64,000 nt of DNA from an uncultured Chloroflexia bacterium (lineage in GTDB: Bacteria > Chloroflexota > Limnocylindria > Limnocylindrales > CSP1-4): contig CAVVYR010000008.1 of the NCBI GenBank assembly GCA_963752475.1, forward strand, positions 160,001-224,000, given 5' to 3'. A program made the translations under genes and the position numbers. The notes under the pieces were generated by a model, which saw only the letters and a list, made by a program, of their open reading frames with translations, was not told where the DNA came from and did no database searches. Below, piece by piece: positions 1 to 9,171 of this stretch (position 1 is its first letter; every line of letters starts with the position of its first letter).

Positions 1-592
1 GCGGGTCGGTGATGTGATGCCCACGCTCGGTCGTCCCGGAGGTGGCCACGGCCAGATCGTTCCCCTGCAGCACGAGCGCCACCGCATCCGGCGCGAAGGG
101 ATGAGCGATCCCGACCCTCCAAGGCACGCTTCGCTCCTGCCCACCACGGACGATCACGTCGCCGCCGGCGCTGAGGTAGAAGCGGTCGATGCCCGCGGCC
201 GAGAGGATGGCGCCGGCCCGGTCGACCGACCAACCCTTGACCACCCCGGTCGGATCGGGCCGGCCATCGCTGCGATGGGCATGGACGTCGAAGGCGCCGC
301 CGCTGAGCGTCTTGACAACGTCAGCGATCTCGAAGACCTCGCGCAGGTCGACCGAGATCCGGGACATCGGGATCTCGCCTCGCATCACGCGGCTGACCTC
401 GCTCTCGTGTTTGAACGGACTGAATCGCTCTTCGGCCTCGTGGAGCCAGGCGAAGGCGGCGTCGGCGGCGGGCGAGTCAGCGCCGCCCTCGGGAAGGTAG
501 AGGCTGATCATCGTGCCCATCGCGCGCTCGACACGACGGCGCCCAGGGTCGCGTGTGGTGAGGCCGGGCTTCGGCGCCGGCTCCGCGACCAT
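1..592 (-). CDS. apbE: FAD:protein FMN transferase (ApbE family), runs off the left edge
   Basis: Not in the ORF track. Manual translation from ATG 592 (overlapping the upstream TGA) gives MVAEPAPK...RVERAMGTMISL at the start and DLAVATSGTTERGHHITDP at the window edge, both typical ApbE motifs. Confidence 0.9.
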   Translation of the reverse strand, partial: MVAEPAPKPGLTTRDPGRRRVERAMGTMISLYLPEGGADSPAADAAFAWLHEAEERFSPFKHESEVSRVMRGEIPMSRISVDLREVFEIADVVKTLSGGAFDVHAHRSDGRPDPTGVVKGWSVDRAGAILSAAGIDRFYLSAGGDVIVRGGQERSVPWRVGIAHPFAPDAVALVLQGNDLAVATSGTTERGHHITDP

Positions 593-1488
593 CAGATGCC
601 CAGCTGGTCCAGGGCGGACTGCAGCGAACCGGCGTAGGCCTCGCTGGTGTAGGTGGCCCCGGAGATGACGTTGACGTCCGCACTGTCAGAGGCGATGGCC
701 TCGTCGCGCAGGATCGATTCGACGCGGTCACTGATGTCGGAGGTGCGCTGGTCGCCTTCGGGCATGGTCAGCGCCTCGACGTCGATGATGTCGTCGCCCT
801 CGACGGTGACCGCGACCTGGACGTCGCCCCAGCGGATGCCGACGACGTCGCCGGTGGCGGTACGGATCTCGTCGGTCGCAGTCGCGGAATCAGCATCCTC
901 GGCAACGACCTCGGGCTCGGACTCGGGCTCGGTCTCGGCATCGGCAGCCTTGACTTCGGGCGCGGTTTCGGGCTCGGCCTCGGCCTCGGCTTGATCGAGG
1001 GCGGACTGCAGCGACAGCGCGTAGGCCTCGCTGGTATAGGTGGCGCCAGAGAGGACGGAGAGGCCTTCGGCCGAGTCGGTGGTGATGGCCTCCTCGCGCA
1101 GGATGGGCTCCACGTACTCGCTGTACTCGACGGTGTGGTGGTCGCCGTCCGGCATCTGCAGGGCCTCGACGTCGATGATGTCGTCACCCTCGATGGTGAC
1201 CGCGACCTGGACGTCGCCCCAGCGGATACTTGCGACGTCACCGGTGTAGGTGACTCGCTCGACGACTGCCTCGGCCGCGGCAGACTCGGTGGCGGCTTCG
1301 GTGGTGCCGTCGGCAGCGATGAGCTCGTCGGTGGCCAGCGCCCCGTGATCGGCCGCGGTGACCGATCCGGTCGAGGCCAGCGGGCCACCCTGGAAGGAGA
1401 GCAGGAGGGTCAGCGCGCTGACGGTGCCGACGGTGGCGATGGTGCCCCGCAAAGGCAGGCGCGATGGTTCGCGAGCGTCATAGGTCAT
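592..1488 (-). CDS. Exported FMN-binding protein with two tandem FMN_bind domains
   Basis: N-terminal hydrophobic segment; two repeats of IRWGDVQVAVT...SGATYTS, each with the [ST]GA[ST] flavinylation motif; adjacent to apbE. Confidence 0.9.
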   Translation of the reverse strand: MTYDAREPSRLPLRGTIATVGTVSALTLLLSFQGGPLASTGSVTAADHGALATDELIAADGTTEAATESAAAEAVVERVTYTGDVASIRWGDVQVAVTIEGDDIIDVEALQMPDGDHHTVEYSEYVEPILREEAITTDSAEGLSVLSGATYTSEAYALSLQSALDQAEAEAEPETAPEVKAADAETEPESEPEVVAEDADSATATDEIRTATGDVVGIRWGDVQVAVTVEGDDIIDVEALTMPEGDQRTSDISDRVESILRDEAIASDSADVNVISGATYTSEAYAGSLQSALDQLGI

Positions 1489-1491
1489 GGC

Positions 1492-2877
1492 CTAGTACCC
1501 GAATCTCTCTGCGTGGACTTGGCTGTCAGGGACCCGCAGCGTCTTGAGGCTGGACAGGACCCGTTCGGTGAATGAGCGTGAGCCGCACACGAGCACGTCG
1601 GCCCCGGTGAGGTGCGGCGCGTGGCGATGGAGCCACTCGGGCGCGAGGGGGTCGATGGGCATCTCGGGTGAGCCTCGATGGCCCTCGAGGAAACGCAGCT
1701 TTGCGCCGTGTCGCGCGGCCAGCGCCAGCAGCTCCTCACGGAAGATGGTGTCGGCGGGGTCGCCCTCGCGGTAGAGGAAGGTGATGTGCTGCTCGCCCGG
1801 TGGCAGGGCCTCGAGGATCGAGCGCAACGGGGTCACGCCCACGCCGCCCCCCAGCATCACCACATGGTCCCTGGTGATGACGTTGGGGGTGAAGGCGCCG
1901 TAGGGACCCTCGACGAAGACCGGCGTGCCCTCGGGCATCGTCATCATGCGATGGGTGTCGTCGCCCAGGTCCTTGATGGTCATGCGCAGGTACTCACCGT
2001 TGGGCGCGGCAGAGATGGAGAAAGGGTGCGGACGCCACCAGCCGCCACGCCGCAGGAAGCGGATATGGAAGAACTGGCCGGCGGCCACGGGCAGCTGCTC
2101 GAGGGAACGGCCGGTGAGATAGATGGAGACCACGCCTCGCGCCTCGGGCACGACCGCGGCGACACGCAGCTTGTGCCTGGCGGACACGCGGATCGGGGTC
2201 AGCACGCGGTACCAGACGAGGAGGCCGAAGGTGATCACGTAGAGCCCGACCCAGAAGGCCACGGCCACCGAGTCACCGATGAAGTCTGCTCCGATGGTGA
2301 CCTGGTGCAGGAATGAGAGCGCGATGCCGAGGTAGGCATAGAGGTGCAGGCCGTACCAGGTCTCGTACGAGAGCCGTCGTCGGATAGCGCGGAGCGAGGT
2401 GACCGCTACGACGGCCAGCATGGCCGTGCCAACGGTGGCGATGAGGATGTCCCAGATGCCGTTGAGGGCGAGGAACTCTCCGATGAAGTCGCTGCCGGAG
2501 CTCATGGCCCAGCCGGTGGTCGTGAGGACGACGTGCGAGAGGATGAGCGTGATCGTGCCGATGCCCAGCCAGCGATGCCAGGCCATGAGCTTGTCGCTGC
2601 CGACCACGTGGTCGATCCAGGGGACCCGGGCCATCAGCACGATCTGGGCGAGGGCAAGATAGGTCCCGGTCAACGCCGTGATCTGACCGAGACCCGTTGC
2701 CAGCCCGGCCGGCGTGCCCAGGCCGTCGAGTCCACCGTGGATGACCCACATGCCGGCCACGAGAAGCCCGACCGCAGCCAGCACCACCACGATGTCCGCG
2801 GAGCGGAAGGGCCACGTTCGAGGCGTGCGTGCGCGGCGGGTGAAGGGAGGGTTGCCTGCCTGCGTCAGCGTTGCCAT
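1492..2877 (-). CDS. Ferric-reductase-like membrane oxidoreductase (heme b TM domain plus FAD/NAD(P)H-binding domains)
   Basis: TM His motifs WHRWLG, LSHVV, GLHLYAY and FLHQV; FAD motif HPFSIS; NAD motif GGGVGVTP; C-terminal VCG...HAERF. Confidence 0.9.
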   Translation of the reverse strand: MATLTQAGNPPFTRRARTPRTWPFRSADIVVVLAAVGLLVAGMWVIHGGLDGLGTPAGLATGLGQITALTGTYLALAQIVLMARVPWIDHVVGSDKLMAWHRWLGIGTITLILSHVVLTTTGWAMSSGSDFIGEFLALNGIWDILIATVGTAMLAVVAVTSLRAIRRRLSYETWYGLHLYAYLGIALSFLHQVTIGADFIGDSVAVAFWVGLYVITFGLLVWYRVLTPIRVSARHKLRVAAVVPEARGVVSIYLTGRSLEQLPVAAGQFFHIRFLRRGGWWRPHPFSISAAPNGEYLRMTIKDLGDDTHRMMTMPEGTPVFVEGPYGAFTPNVITRDHVVMLGGGVGVTPLRSILEALPPGEQHITFLYREGDPADTIFREELLALAARHGAKLRFLEGHRGSPEMPIDPLAPEWLHRHAPHLTGADVLVCGSRSFTERVLSSLKTLRVPDSQVHAERFGY

Positions 2878-2949
2878 GGAACGTGGGACCTCGTGTGGGC
2901 TTCTCGTGACTCGTACTCTCGTGCCCGCCCGTCAGCCGACGATCCTGTT

Positions 2950-2968
2950 GATGTCAGGCCGATGTAAG
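2950..2968. promoter_or_regulatory. Possible OmpR/PhoB-type direct-repeat operator
   Basis: GATGTCAG (2950) and GATGTAAG (2961), 11-bp period, upstream of the reductase operon. Confidence 0.3.
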
Positions 2969-3140
2969 CGGACGGACGCTATGCGCGCCTCTCGGATGCG
3001 AAAGGGGCCCGGTCGCCATGACATCGGAACGGGGCCCATCGTGTGGCCGCTGCCAGTACCCGGACCCCAGTCCCGGCCGGCGCGGCCCGGAGAGAGCGGT
3101 GGCGGCGAGGAGGGTTGTCGCTGCGCTACCGTACGCATCC

Positions 3141-3527
3141 ATGGAGTTCAACGACTGGCACCTGGCCGAGGTCACCGCCACGCTCATCGAGATCGCGGGC
3201 GTGCTGGTCATCGGCATCGGCGTGGTCGCGGCCACCATCGTCTCGGCCCGTACCAAGCTGGCCGACCGTGGGGCAGTGACCTACGTCGCCTTCCGACGCG
3301 AGATGTCGCGCTGGCTGCTGCTGGGCCTGGAGCTCCTCATCGCCGCCGACGTCATCAAGACCGTGACACTGGACCTTGACATCGAGAGCGTGCTTTCGCT
3401 GGGCATCCTCGTCGTCGTCCGGACCTTCCTGGCCTGGTCGATCACGATGGAGAACGAGGGCCGCTGGCCCTGGCAGCGCACCAGTGACGCGCGCGCCACG
3501 CAGGACGAGTCGGGGTCAGGGATCTAG
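3141..3527 (+). CDS. DUF1622 family membrane protein
   Basis: LLLGLELLIAADVIKTV...LGILVVVRTFLAWSI..E.EGRWPW signature; start moved to ATG 3141. Confidence 0.85.
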   Translation: MEFNDWHLAEVTATLIEIAGVLVIGIGVVAATIVSARTKLADRGAVTYVAFRREMSRWLLLGLELLIAADVIKTVTLDLDIESVLSLGILVVVRTFLAWSITMENEGRWPWQRTSDARATQDESGSGI

Positions 3528-5011
3528 ACGAACCAGGTACGCAGACGTTCGTACAGGTCGATGAAGCGTCGATAGCCGGCTATCGCCCGCTCGTGCCCCG
3601 CGTCGTCGGGTTCGAAGACGGCCTCGACCTCCGACAGCTCCCGCGCGGCAGACCAGTCATCGACGAGCCCGACGGCCACCGCACCGATGATGGCCGCACC
3701 CAGCGAGTTGGCCTCGTCAACGATCGTGCGCCGTCGGATGGGCACGCCCCAGGTGTCAGCCATGAGCTGCAGCCAGACGTCGCCCTTGGCGCCACCTCCG
3801 ACGGCGTCGATCGATTCGATCGGGCGAACCGACTCCGACATGGCCTCGAAGACGCCGTAGAGGTTGAAGGCCACGCCCTCGAGCACGGCACGGGCCAGCT
3901 GGGCCTGGGTGTGGTGGTGTTCGATGCCGACGAACGAGCCGCGGACGTTGACGTCCCAGATGGGGGCACGCTCACCGAGCAGGTAGGGCAGGAAGAAGAG
4001 GCCGTCCTCGGCTGCTTTGGCCATACCCGCCTCCTCCACGAGCGGACCGACCTGGTCACCCGCGACCCCCACGACCGAAGCGAGCCACTGCAGCGAGGCG
4101 CCGGCCGACTGCATCGCGCCGAGTGGCACGAAGCGGCCCGGGACCACGTGGTCGAAGGCGATGATGCGTTGCCGCGGGTCGCGTACGGGGCGGTCTGCAG
4201 CGGCCGAGATCCAGGCCGAGGTGCCGAGCGTGACCGCCGCACCCGAGTCGGCACCCACGAGGCCAACGCCCAGCGCCGAGGTGCAGCCGTCGGCGCCACC
4301 GACCACGACGGGCGTGCCCTCACCCAGACCCGAGTGCTCGGAGGCGACCCGTGTGACGCCGCCGGCCACAGAAGCTGAAGGGAGGATCTCCGGCAGCACA
4401 TCGCGCTCGATCCCGGCGGTCGCCAAGATCTCGTCCGACCAGTCGCCGGCGTGTTGGTCATAGGCGTTCGTGCCGGACGCATCCGAGGGGTCGATGCAGC
4501 GGCGGCCGGTCAGTCTGAGCGTGACGTAGTCCTTGGCCTGCAGGACGCAGCTCGTCCGCGCCCAGGCCTCGGGCTCGTGCTCGCGCAACCACATCATCTT
4601 GGGCAGGCTGCAGGTCGGGTCGAGCCGGTGGCCCAGGAGGTCGTAGCCGCGTTCGGCACCGACGGCTTCGATCAGCCGCTGCGTCTCGGCCTGGGCGCGC
4701 GTGTCGGCCCAGATGAGCGCTGGGCGGATGGCTTCATCGCGCTCATCGACCAGCGTGGCACCCATCATCTGACCGGACATGACCACGGCGGCGACGTCGC
4801 CGGGGTCGGTCCCGGTCTCGCTCAGCAGTGCTCGGGTGGCCTCGCACACGCCTCGCCACCAGTCATCAGGATCCTGCTCCGCCTTGCCGCCCGACCCGAA
4901 GTCGACCGCGTAGCGCGCGGTGTGGGCCGCGATGAGTCGCCCATCCGCGTGATGCAGCGATGCCTTGTCGCCGCTGGTACCCAGGTCGTGGGCGACGATG
5001 AACCTCCCCAT
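3524..5011 (-). CDS. xylB: Xylulokinase (FGGY family)
   Basis: AHDLGTSGDKA, SGQMMG, WADTRA, DPSDASGT, FLPYLLGERAP and RAVLEGVA motifs; start MGRFIV at 5011, behind a -10 box. Confidence 0.85.
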   Translation of the reverse strand: MGRFIVAHDLGTSGDKASLHHADGRLIAAHTARYAVDFGSGGKAEQDPDDWWRGVCEATRALLSETGTDPGDVAAVVMSGQMMGATLVDERDEAIRPALIWADTRAQAETQRLIEAVGAERGYDLLGHRLDPTCSLPKMMWLREHEPEAWARTSCVLQAKDYVTLRLTGRRCIDPSDASGTNAYDQHAGDWSDEILATAGIERDVLPEILPSASVAGGVTRVASEHSGLGEGTPVVVGGADGCTSALGVGLVGADSGAAVTLGTSAWISAAADRPVRDPRQRIIAFDHVVPGRFVPLGAMQSAGASLQWLASVVGVAGDQVGPLVEEAGMAKAAEDGLFFLPYLLGERAPIWDVNVRGSFVGIEHHHTQAQLARAVLEGVAFNLYGVFEAMSESVRPIESIDAVGGGAKGDVWLQLMADTWGVPIRRRTIVDEANSLGAAIIGAVAVGLVDDWSAARELSEVEAVFEPDDAGHERAIAGYRRFIDLYERLRTWFV

Positions 5012-5069
5012 GCGGCCACTGTAGCCATGGGCTGGTGACACCACAGGGCCACTTTGCGATACTCGGCCG

Positions 5070-5936
5070 ATGCTCGACCAAAGAGCCCGCGGTGCGCCGA
5101 TCGCCCGCGGCAACACGTCCGACCTCTGGGAGTGGTCGGCGGGGAGGGTGGTCAAGGTCTTGCGTCCGGAGATCCCGGCGCACTGGGCCTCGATCGAGGC
5201 TGACACGATCGCTCGCGTTCACGCCGCCGGCTTGCCCGTGCCCGAGACCGAGGGCGTGGTCGACTTCGACGGCCGGCCTGGCATCGTGCTCGAGCGCATC
5301 GAGGGCACGTCGATGTGGGAGCGCATGAAGGCCGAACCGCGGAGCGTGCCGGCGCTCGTCGTTCAGCTTGTCGAGCTGCAGCTGGAGATCCAGCGCACGA
5401 ACGTATCTGAGCTCAGCACCATGAGAGACCGACTACGCCAGAAGGTCGGCGGAGCCGTTCAAATCACAGAGGAAGACCGTCGCAAGGCCCATGGGCTACT
5501 TGCGGCGCTGCCGGCGGGCACGGCCCTCTGCCACGGAGACTTCCATCCGGCGAACGTGATCTTGAGTGACCGCGGCCCGATCATCCTCGACTGGTTCGAT
5601 GCCGCGCGCGGCGACATCACCGCTGACTTCGTGCGTAGCTCACTACTGATGCGTCCGCCGACCGATCGCAGCGCTTGGCTCGCCGGCGCAACGCCCGAGC
5701 TGCTGGACCGCGTCCACAGCTACTACATCACCGAGCTCGTACGACGAGGCGACTTCGACGTTCGCACGTTCGGATCGTGGGAAGCCGTCATGGCCGTGGC
5801 GCGGATGGCGGAGCCGGTCCCCGATGAGGACCTCATCGCGGTCTGGGAGGCCTGGAAGGCACGGGGTTCGTCCGGCGCACGCTCGCTCGTCGACCACTGC
5901 CGGGAGCTCGTGGCGGTGGAGGCTTCTGCGGGCTAG
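5070..5936 (+). CDS. Aminoglycoside phosphotransferase (APH)/choline-kinase-like protein
   Basis: CHGDFHPANV catalytic loop and ILDW metal-binding motif. Confidence 0.8.
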   Translation: MLDQRARGAPIARGNTSDLWEWSAGRVVKVLRPEIPAHWASIEADTIARVHAAGLPVPETEGVVDFDGRPGIVLERIEGTSMWERMKAEPRSVPALVVQLVELQLEIQRTNVSELSTMRDRLRQKVGGAVQITEEDRRKAHGLLAALPAGTALCHGDFHPANVILSDRGPIILDWFDAARGDITADFVRSSLLMRPPTDRSAWLAGATPELLDRVHSYYITELVRRGDFDVRTFGSWEAVMAVARMAEPVPDEDLIAVWEAWKARGSSGARSLVDHCRELVAVEASAG

Positions 5937-6697
5937 GCGACGAGCGAGAAAAGCTCTGGATGGATGCCCGGGGCACCCGCCACCATCAGCTTGCCGTTGT
6001 TCGCGTCGGGTCCCGAGATCGTGGCGCCGGCCTCGCGAGCGACGATCTCGCCGGCGGCGAAGTCCCAGTACTGCATGTTGCGTTGGTAGAAGCCGTCGAG
6101 CCGTCCACAACCGACCCAGCAGAAGTTGAGCGCGGCGGAGCCCATGCAGCGGATGTCCCGAACGGCCGGCAGGAGTCGCCTCACGTACTCGGCCTCCATG
6201 GCGCGGCCCTCGGGCGTGTACATGAACCCGGTCCCGACGAGCGCGGCCGAGAGCTCCGTGGTCGCGCGCGGCTCGATGGCCACGCCGTCGAGCCGCGCGC
6301 CCTCTCCTCGAGCGGCGCTGAAGGTGTCGCCGCGGAGCACATCGACGACTGCGCCGGCGGCGGTCTCCCCATGGACGGTCGCTGCGATAGAGACGCTCAC
6401 CACGGGCAAGTCGTAGGTGAGATTGACGGTCCCGTCGATCGGATCGACGACCCAGCCGATGCCGGATGAGCCAACGATCTCGCCACCCTCCTCGCCCAGC
6501 ACTGATGAGTGCGATGCTCGACGGGCGAGGACCACTCGGATCACCCGCTCCACGGCGACATCGAGTGCGGTAACGGGGTCGGTCGGGGTGGACTTGACGG
6601 TCACCGGTCCCAGGTCGCCGGCGGAGGCGCGCACGAGCCGCGCGCCCTCGGAGGCCGCCTCGACGGCGATAGCCTCCAGCTCGCTGGGGGTGAGCAC
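5933..6697 (-). CDS. Inositol monophosphatase family protein
   Basis: GEE, WVVDPIDGT, GSAALN, GRLDG and WDFAAG motifs. Confidence 0.9.
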   Translation of the reverse strand: MLTPSELEAIAVEAASEGARLVRASAGDLGPVTVKSTPTDPVTALDVAVERVIRVVLARRASHSSVLGEEGGEIVGSSGIGWVVDPIDGTVNLTYDLPVVSVSIAATVHGETAAGAVVDVLRGDTFSAARGEGARLDGVAIEPRATTELSAALVGTGFMYTPEGRAMEAEYVRRLLPAVRDIRCMGSAALNFCWVGCGRLDGFYQRNMQYWDFAAGEIVAREAGATISGPDANNGKLMVAGAPGIHPELFSLVA

Positions 6698-6703
6698 GAA
6701 CTG

Positions 6704-7540
6704 TCAGGCCCGGACGACTCGAGGGCCTTGCTCCTCGATCCGCGATGCGGTCGTGTCGTCCATGCCGCTGTCGCTGTAGACGATATCGACCTCGTCGATC
6801 TCAGCGAAGCGGAACAGCTGGTCGTTCGAGACCTTGGAGTGGTCAAACATCATCACGACCCTTCGTGCGCACGCCATCATCGCGCGCTTGATGGCGACCT
6901 CGGCGCGATACGGCGTCGTGTAGCCGCTTTCGGGCGACATCCCGTCACAGCCGAAGAACAGGACGTCGACGCGGATCTCGCCCAGCATCTCTACGCCGGC
7001 CTCGTCGACGAAGGCCATCGTCCGACGCTCGAGCTTGCCTCCGAGCCCGATGACCTTTGGTCGCTCGGTGTTCGCGAGCGACCGCATGATGGGGATGGAG
7101 TTGGTCACGACGACCAGATCACGGTCCCGGTCGAGCAGGTCCGCAAGGTGCAGTGCCGTACTGCCCGAATCGACGATGAGTGTTCCTCGCTCGGGGACCT
7201 CGGCCAGGGCCGCGCGTGCGATTCGTCTCTTCTCCGCGATCATGTGCTCTTCGCGCACGGCCAACTTGGGGACGAGCATCGATCCACGCCATGGCACCGC
7301 ACCGCCGTGCACTCGGCGCACGAGCCTCTCGCGCTGCAGCTCGCTGAGGTCCCGTCTGATGGTTTCGCCGGTGACACCGAACTCGTCGGCTAGATTGCCG
7401 ACGTCGACGCGCCCGCGATCATGGACACGCTTGAGGATCTGCGCCCGCCGTTCGGCCTGGAACAGCGCGCCCGCATCCCGCTGGCGGCCATCGTTCGCGG
7501 GTTCGCCGGCCTGGGTCATGGAGCGTCTCGGTCTAGCCAC
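6704..7540 (-). CDS. DeoR/GlpR family transcriptional regulator
   Basis: HTH FGVTGETIRRDL..L...RVHGGA; DSGST; VTNS. The true start may be slightly downstream (7519). Confidence 0.92.
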   Translation of the reverse strand: MARPRRSMTQAGEPANDGRQRDAGALFQAERRAQILKRVHDRGRVDVGNLADEFGVTGETIRRDLSELQRERLVRRVHGGAVPWRGSMLVPKLAVREEHMIAEKRRIARAALAEVPERGTLIVDSGSTALHLADLLDRDRDLVVVTNSIPIMRSLANTERPKVIGLGGKLERRTMAFVDEAGVEMLGEIRVDVLFFGCDGMSPESGYTTPYRAEVAIKRAMMACARRVVMMFDHSKVSNDQLFRFAEIDEVDIVYSDSGMDDTTASRIEEQGPRVVRA

Positions 7541-9000
7541 CTCTCGAGCGTGCCATATGTGCCCACGTCGCGGAGCGCCGCGAGTGCGTCGCTGAACGCC
7601 GACACGAACCGTGGGTCGGCGCCCAGTCGCTGACCGAACACGTCGGCGAAGCCCAGGAACGCCGCCGGATCGTCGAGAGAGGCGCGTGCGAACGCCTGGG
7701 CTTCTGCAAGCCTTGGATCGGCCGACAGCGTGATCTCCGAGCCGGCATCATCGGTGCCCAGGAGGTACTGACACCAAGACGCCAGGGCCAGGGCCGAGAG
7801 CTTGATCTGGCCTCCGCGCTCCAACTGTGACTCCACGGTCGGCACCAGGAACTTGGGCCACTTCGAGGTCCCGTCCTGGCAGACCCGCGAGACCTGGTCC
7901 CTGACCTCGGGGTTGGCGAACCGCTGGGCCACCACGCGCTTGTACTCCGGGACGTCCACGCCGCTGACCGGTGGCAGCGACGGTGTCACCTCCTGGTCGT
8001 GGAACTGCTGCAGGTAGCGCGCGAGCGGCGGGTCGGCCATGATCTCGTGGATGTACGCGTGGCCGACCAGCGCGGCCATGTAGGTGATCGTCGAGTGACC
8101 GGCGTTGAGGATGCGCAGCTTCAGCGTCTCGTACGGTCGCACGTCAGACGTCATCAGCACACCCACGTCCTCGTAGGGCGGGCGGCCTGCGGCGAAGTCA
8201 TCCTCGATGACCCACTGGATGAACGGCTCGGCCACGACCGGCCAGCGGTCGACGAGCCCGAGTTCCTCGGCAAGGAAGGAACGATCGGCATCGGTCGTCT
8301 GCGGGGTGATGCGATCCACCATGCTGTTGGGGAACGAGACGTTCTGCGTGACCCAGTCCTCGAGGCCAGGCTCGACCATGGCGCAGATGCCGAGTACAGA
8401 CGTGCGGGCCACGTCGCCGTTGCCCATGACGTTGTCGCAGCTCTGCACGGTCAGGCCCGCAAGGCCCGCGTCGCGCCGGGCCTGGAACGCGCGCGCCAAA
8501 GCGACGAAGGTCGGCGGGAGCTCACCGGCGGACGGAGGTGCGAACTCGCCACTGGACTCGTCGACGGGGTAGCCGCCCTCGGTGATGGTCATCGAGACGA
8601 TGCGCGTCTCCGGCGCCGCGAGACGGGCCACCAACGGCTCGAGGTCACCGGCCGACAGCACGTAGTCGGTGATGGAGCCGATGACCCGAGCGTCCGTACC
8701 GCGTTCGTCGCGGGTGACGAGGGTATAGAGGTGGTCCTGGGCGGCGAGGGACTCCGCCATGCGCGCGTCAGAGGCGAGGACGCCCGCACCGGTGATCGAC
8801 CACTCGCTGACGCCGGCGCGACAGACATCATCAAGGTAGACAGCCTGGTGGGCGCGATGGAACCCACCCACGCCGATGTGGACGATGCCGCGGCCCAGCA
8901 CGCTCCTGTCGTACGCGGGGATGGTGATCCGTGGGTCAAGCCGGCTGAGGCTCTGGGCCGAGAGCTCGAGGCGGCGCCGGCGGCCGTCATCGGCGGTCAT
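7516..9000 (-). CDS. mtlK: Mannitol dehydrogenase family protein (mannitol 2-/D-arabitol dehydrogenase-like)
   Basis: HIGVGGFHRAHQA, TITEGGY, SCDN, FPNSMVDRITP, EPFIQWVIED and KLRILNAGH motifs. Confidence 0.85.
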   Translation of the reverse strand: MTADDGRRRRLELSAQSLSRLDPRITIPAYDRSVLGRGIVHIGVGGFHRAHQAVYLDDVCRAGVSEWSITGAGVLASDARMAESLAAQDHLYTLVTRDERGTDARVIGSITDYVLSAGDLEPLVARLAAPETRIVSMTITEGGYPVDESSGEFAPPSAGELPPTFVALARAFQARRDAGLAGLTVQSCDNVMGNGDVARTSVLGICAMVEPGLEDWVTQNVSFPNSMVDRITPQTTDADRSFLAEELGLVDRWPVVAEPFIQWVIEDDFAAGRPPYEDVGVLMTSDVRPYETLKLRILNAGHSTITYMAALVGHAYIHEIMADPPLARYLQQFHDQEVTPSLPPVSGVDVPEYKRVVAQRFANPEVRDQVSRVCQDGTSKWPKFLVPTVESQLERGGQIKLSALALASWCQYLLGTDDAGSEITLSADPRLAEAQAFARASLDDPAAFLGFADVFGQRLGADPRFVSAFSDALAALRDVGTYGTLERWLDRDAP

Positions 9001-9071
9001 ACCCGTACCCTACTCCAACACAAACACAGATGAAAAGCCCCAATTCGTTGTGGGTATCTCTGCTTAGCGGG

Positions 9072-9100
9072 TTGCTTTCACAGGACCTTCCAACTAGGAT
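9072..9100 (+). promoter_or_regulatory. Sigma70-type promoter of the polyol ABC operon
   Basis: TTGCTT (9072-9077), 17 bp spacer, TAGGAT (9095-9100) in an AT-richer divergent intergenic region; AAGGAGG RBS before ATG 9172. Confidence 0.6.
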
Positions 9101-9171
9101 GCAGTCCAGCGTGCATCTTCACGCTCCAGGAGGTTGCGGGCTCACGGCCCGCTTCAAGGAGGATCAGGCCT

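Noticed and set aside
5070-5936. Aminoglycoside resistance gene
   Set aside because: Only the general APH/choline-kinase fold motifs are visible; the context is sugar metabolism with no mobile element.
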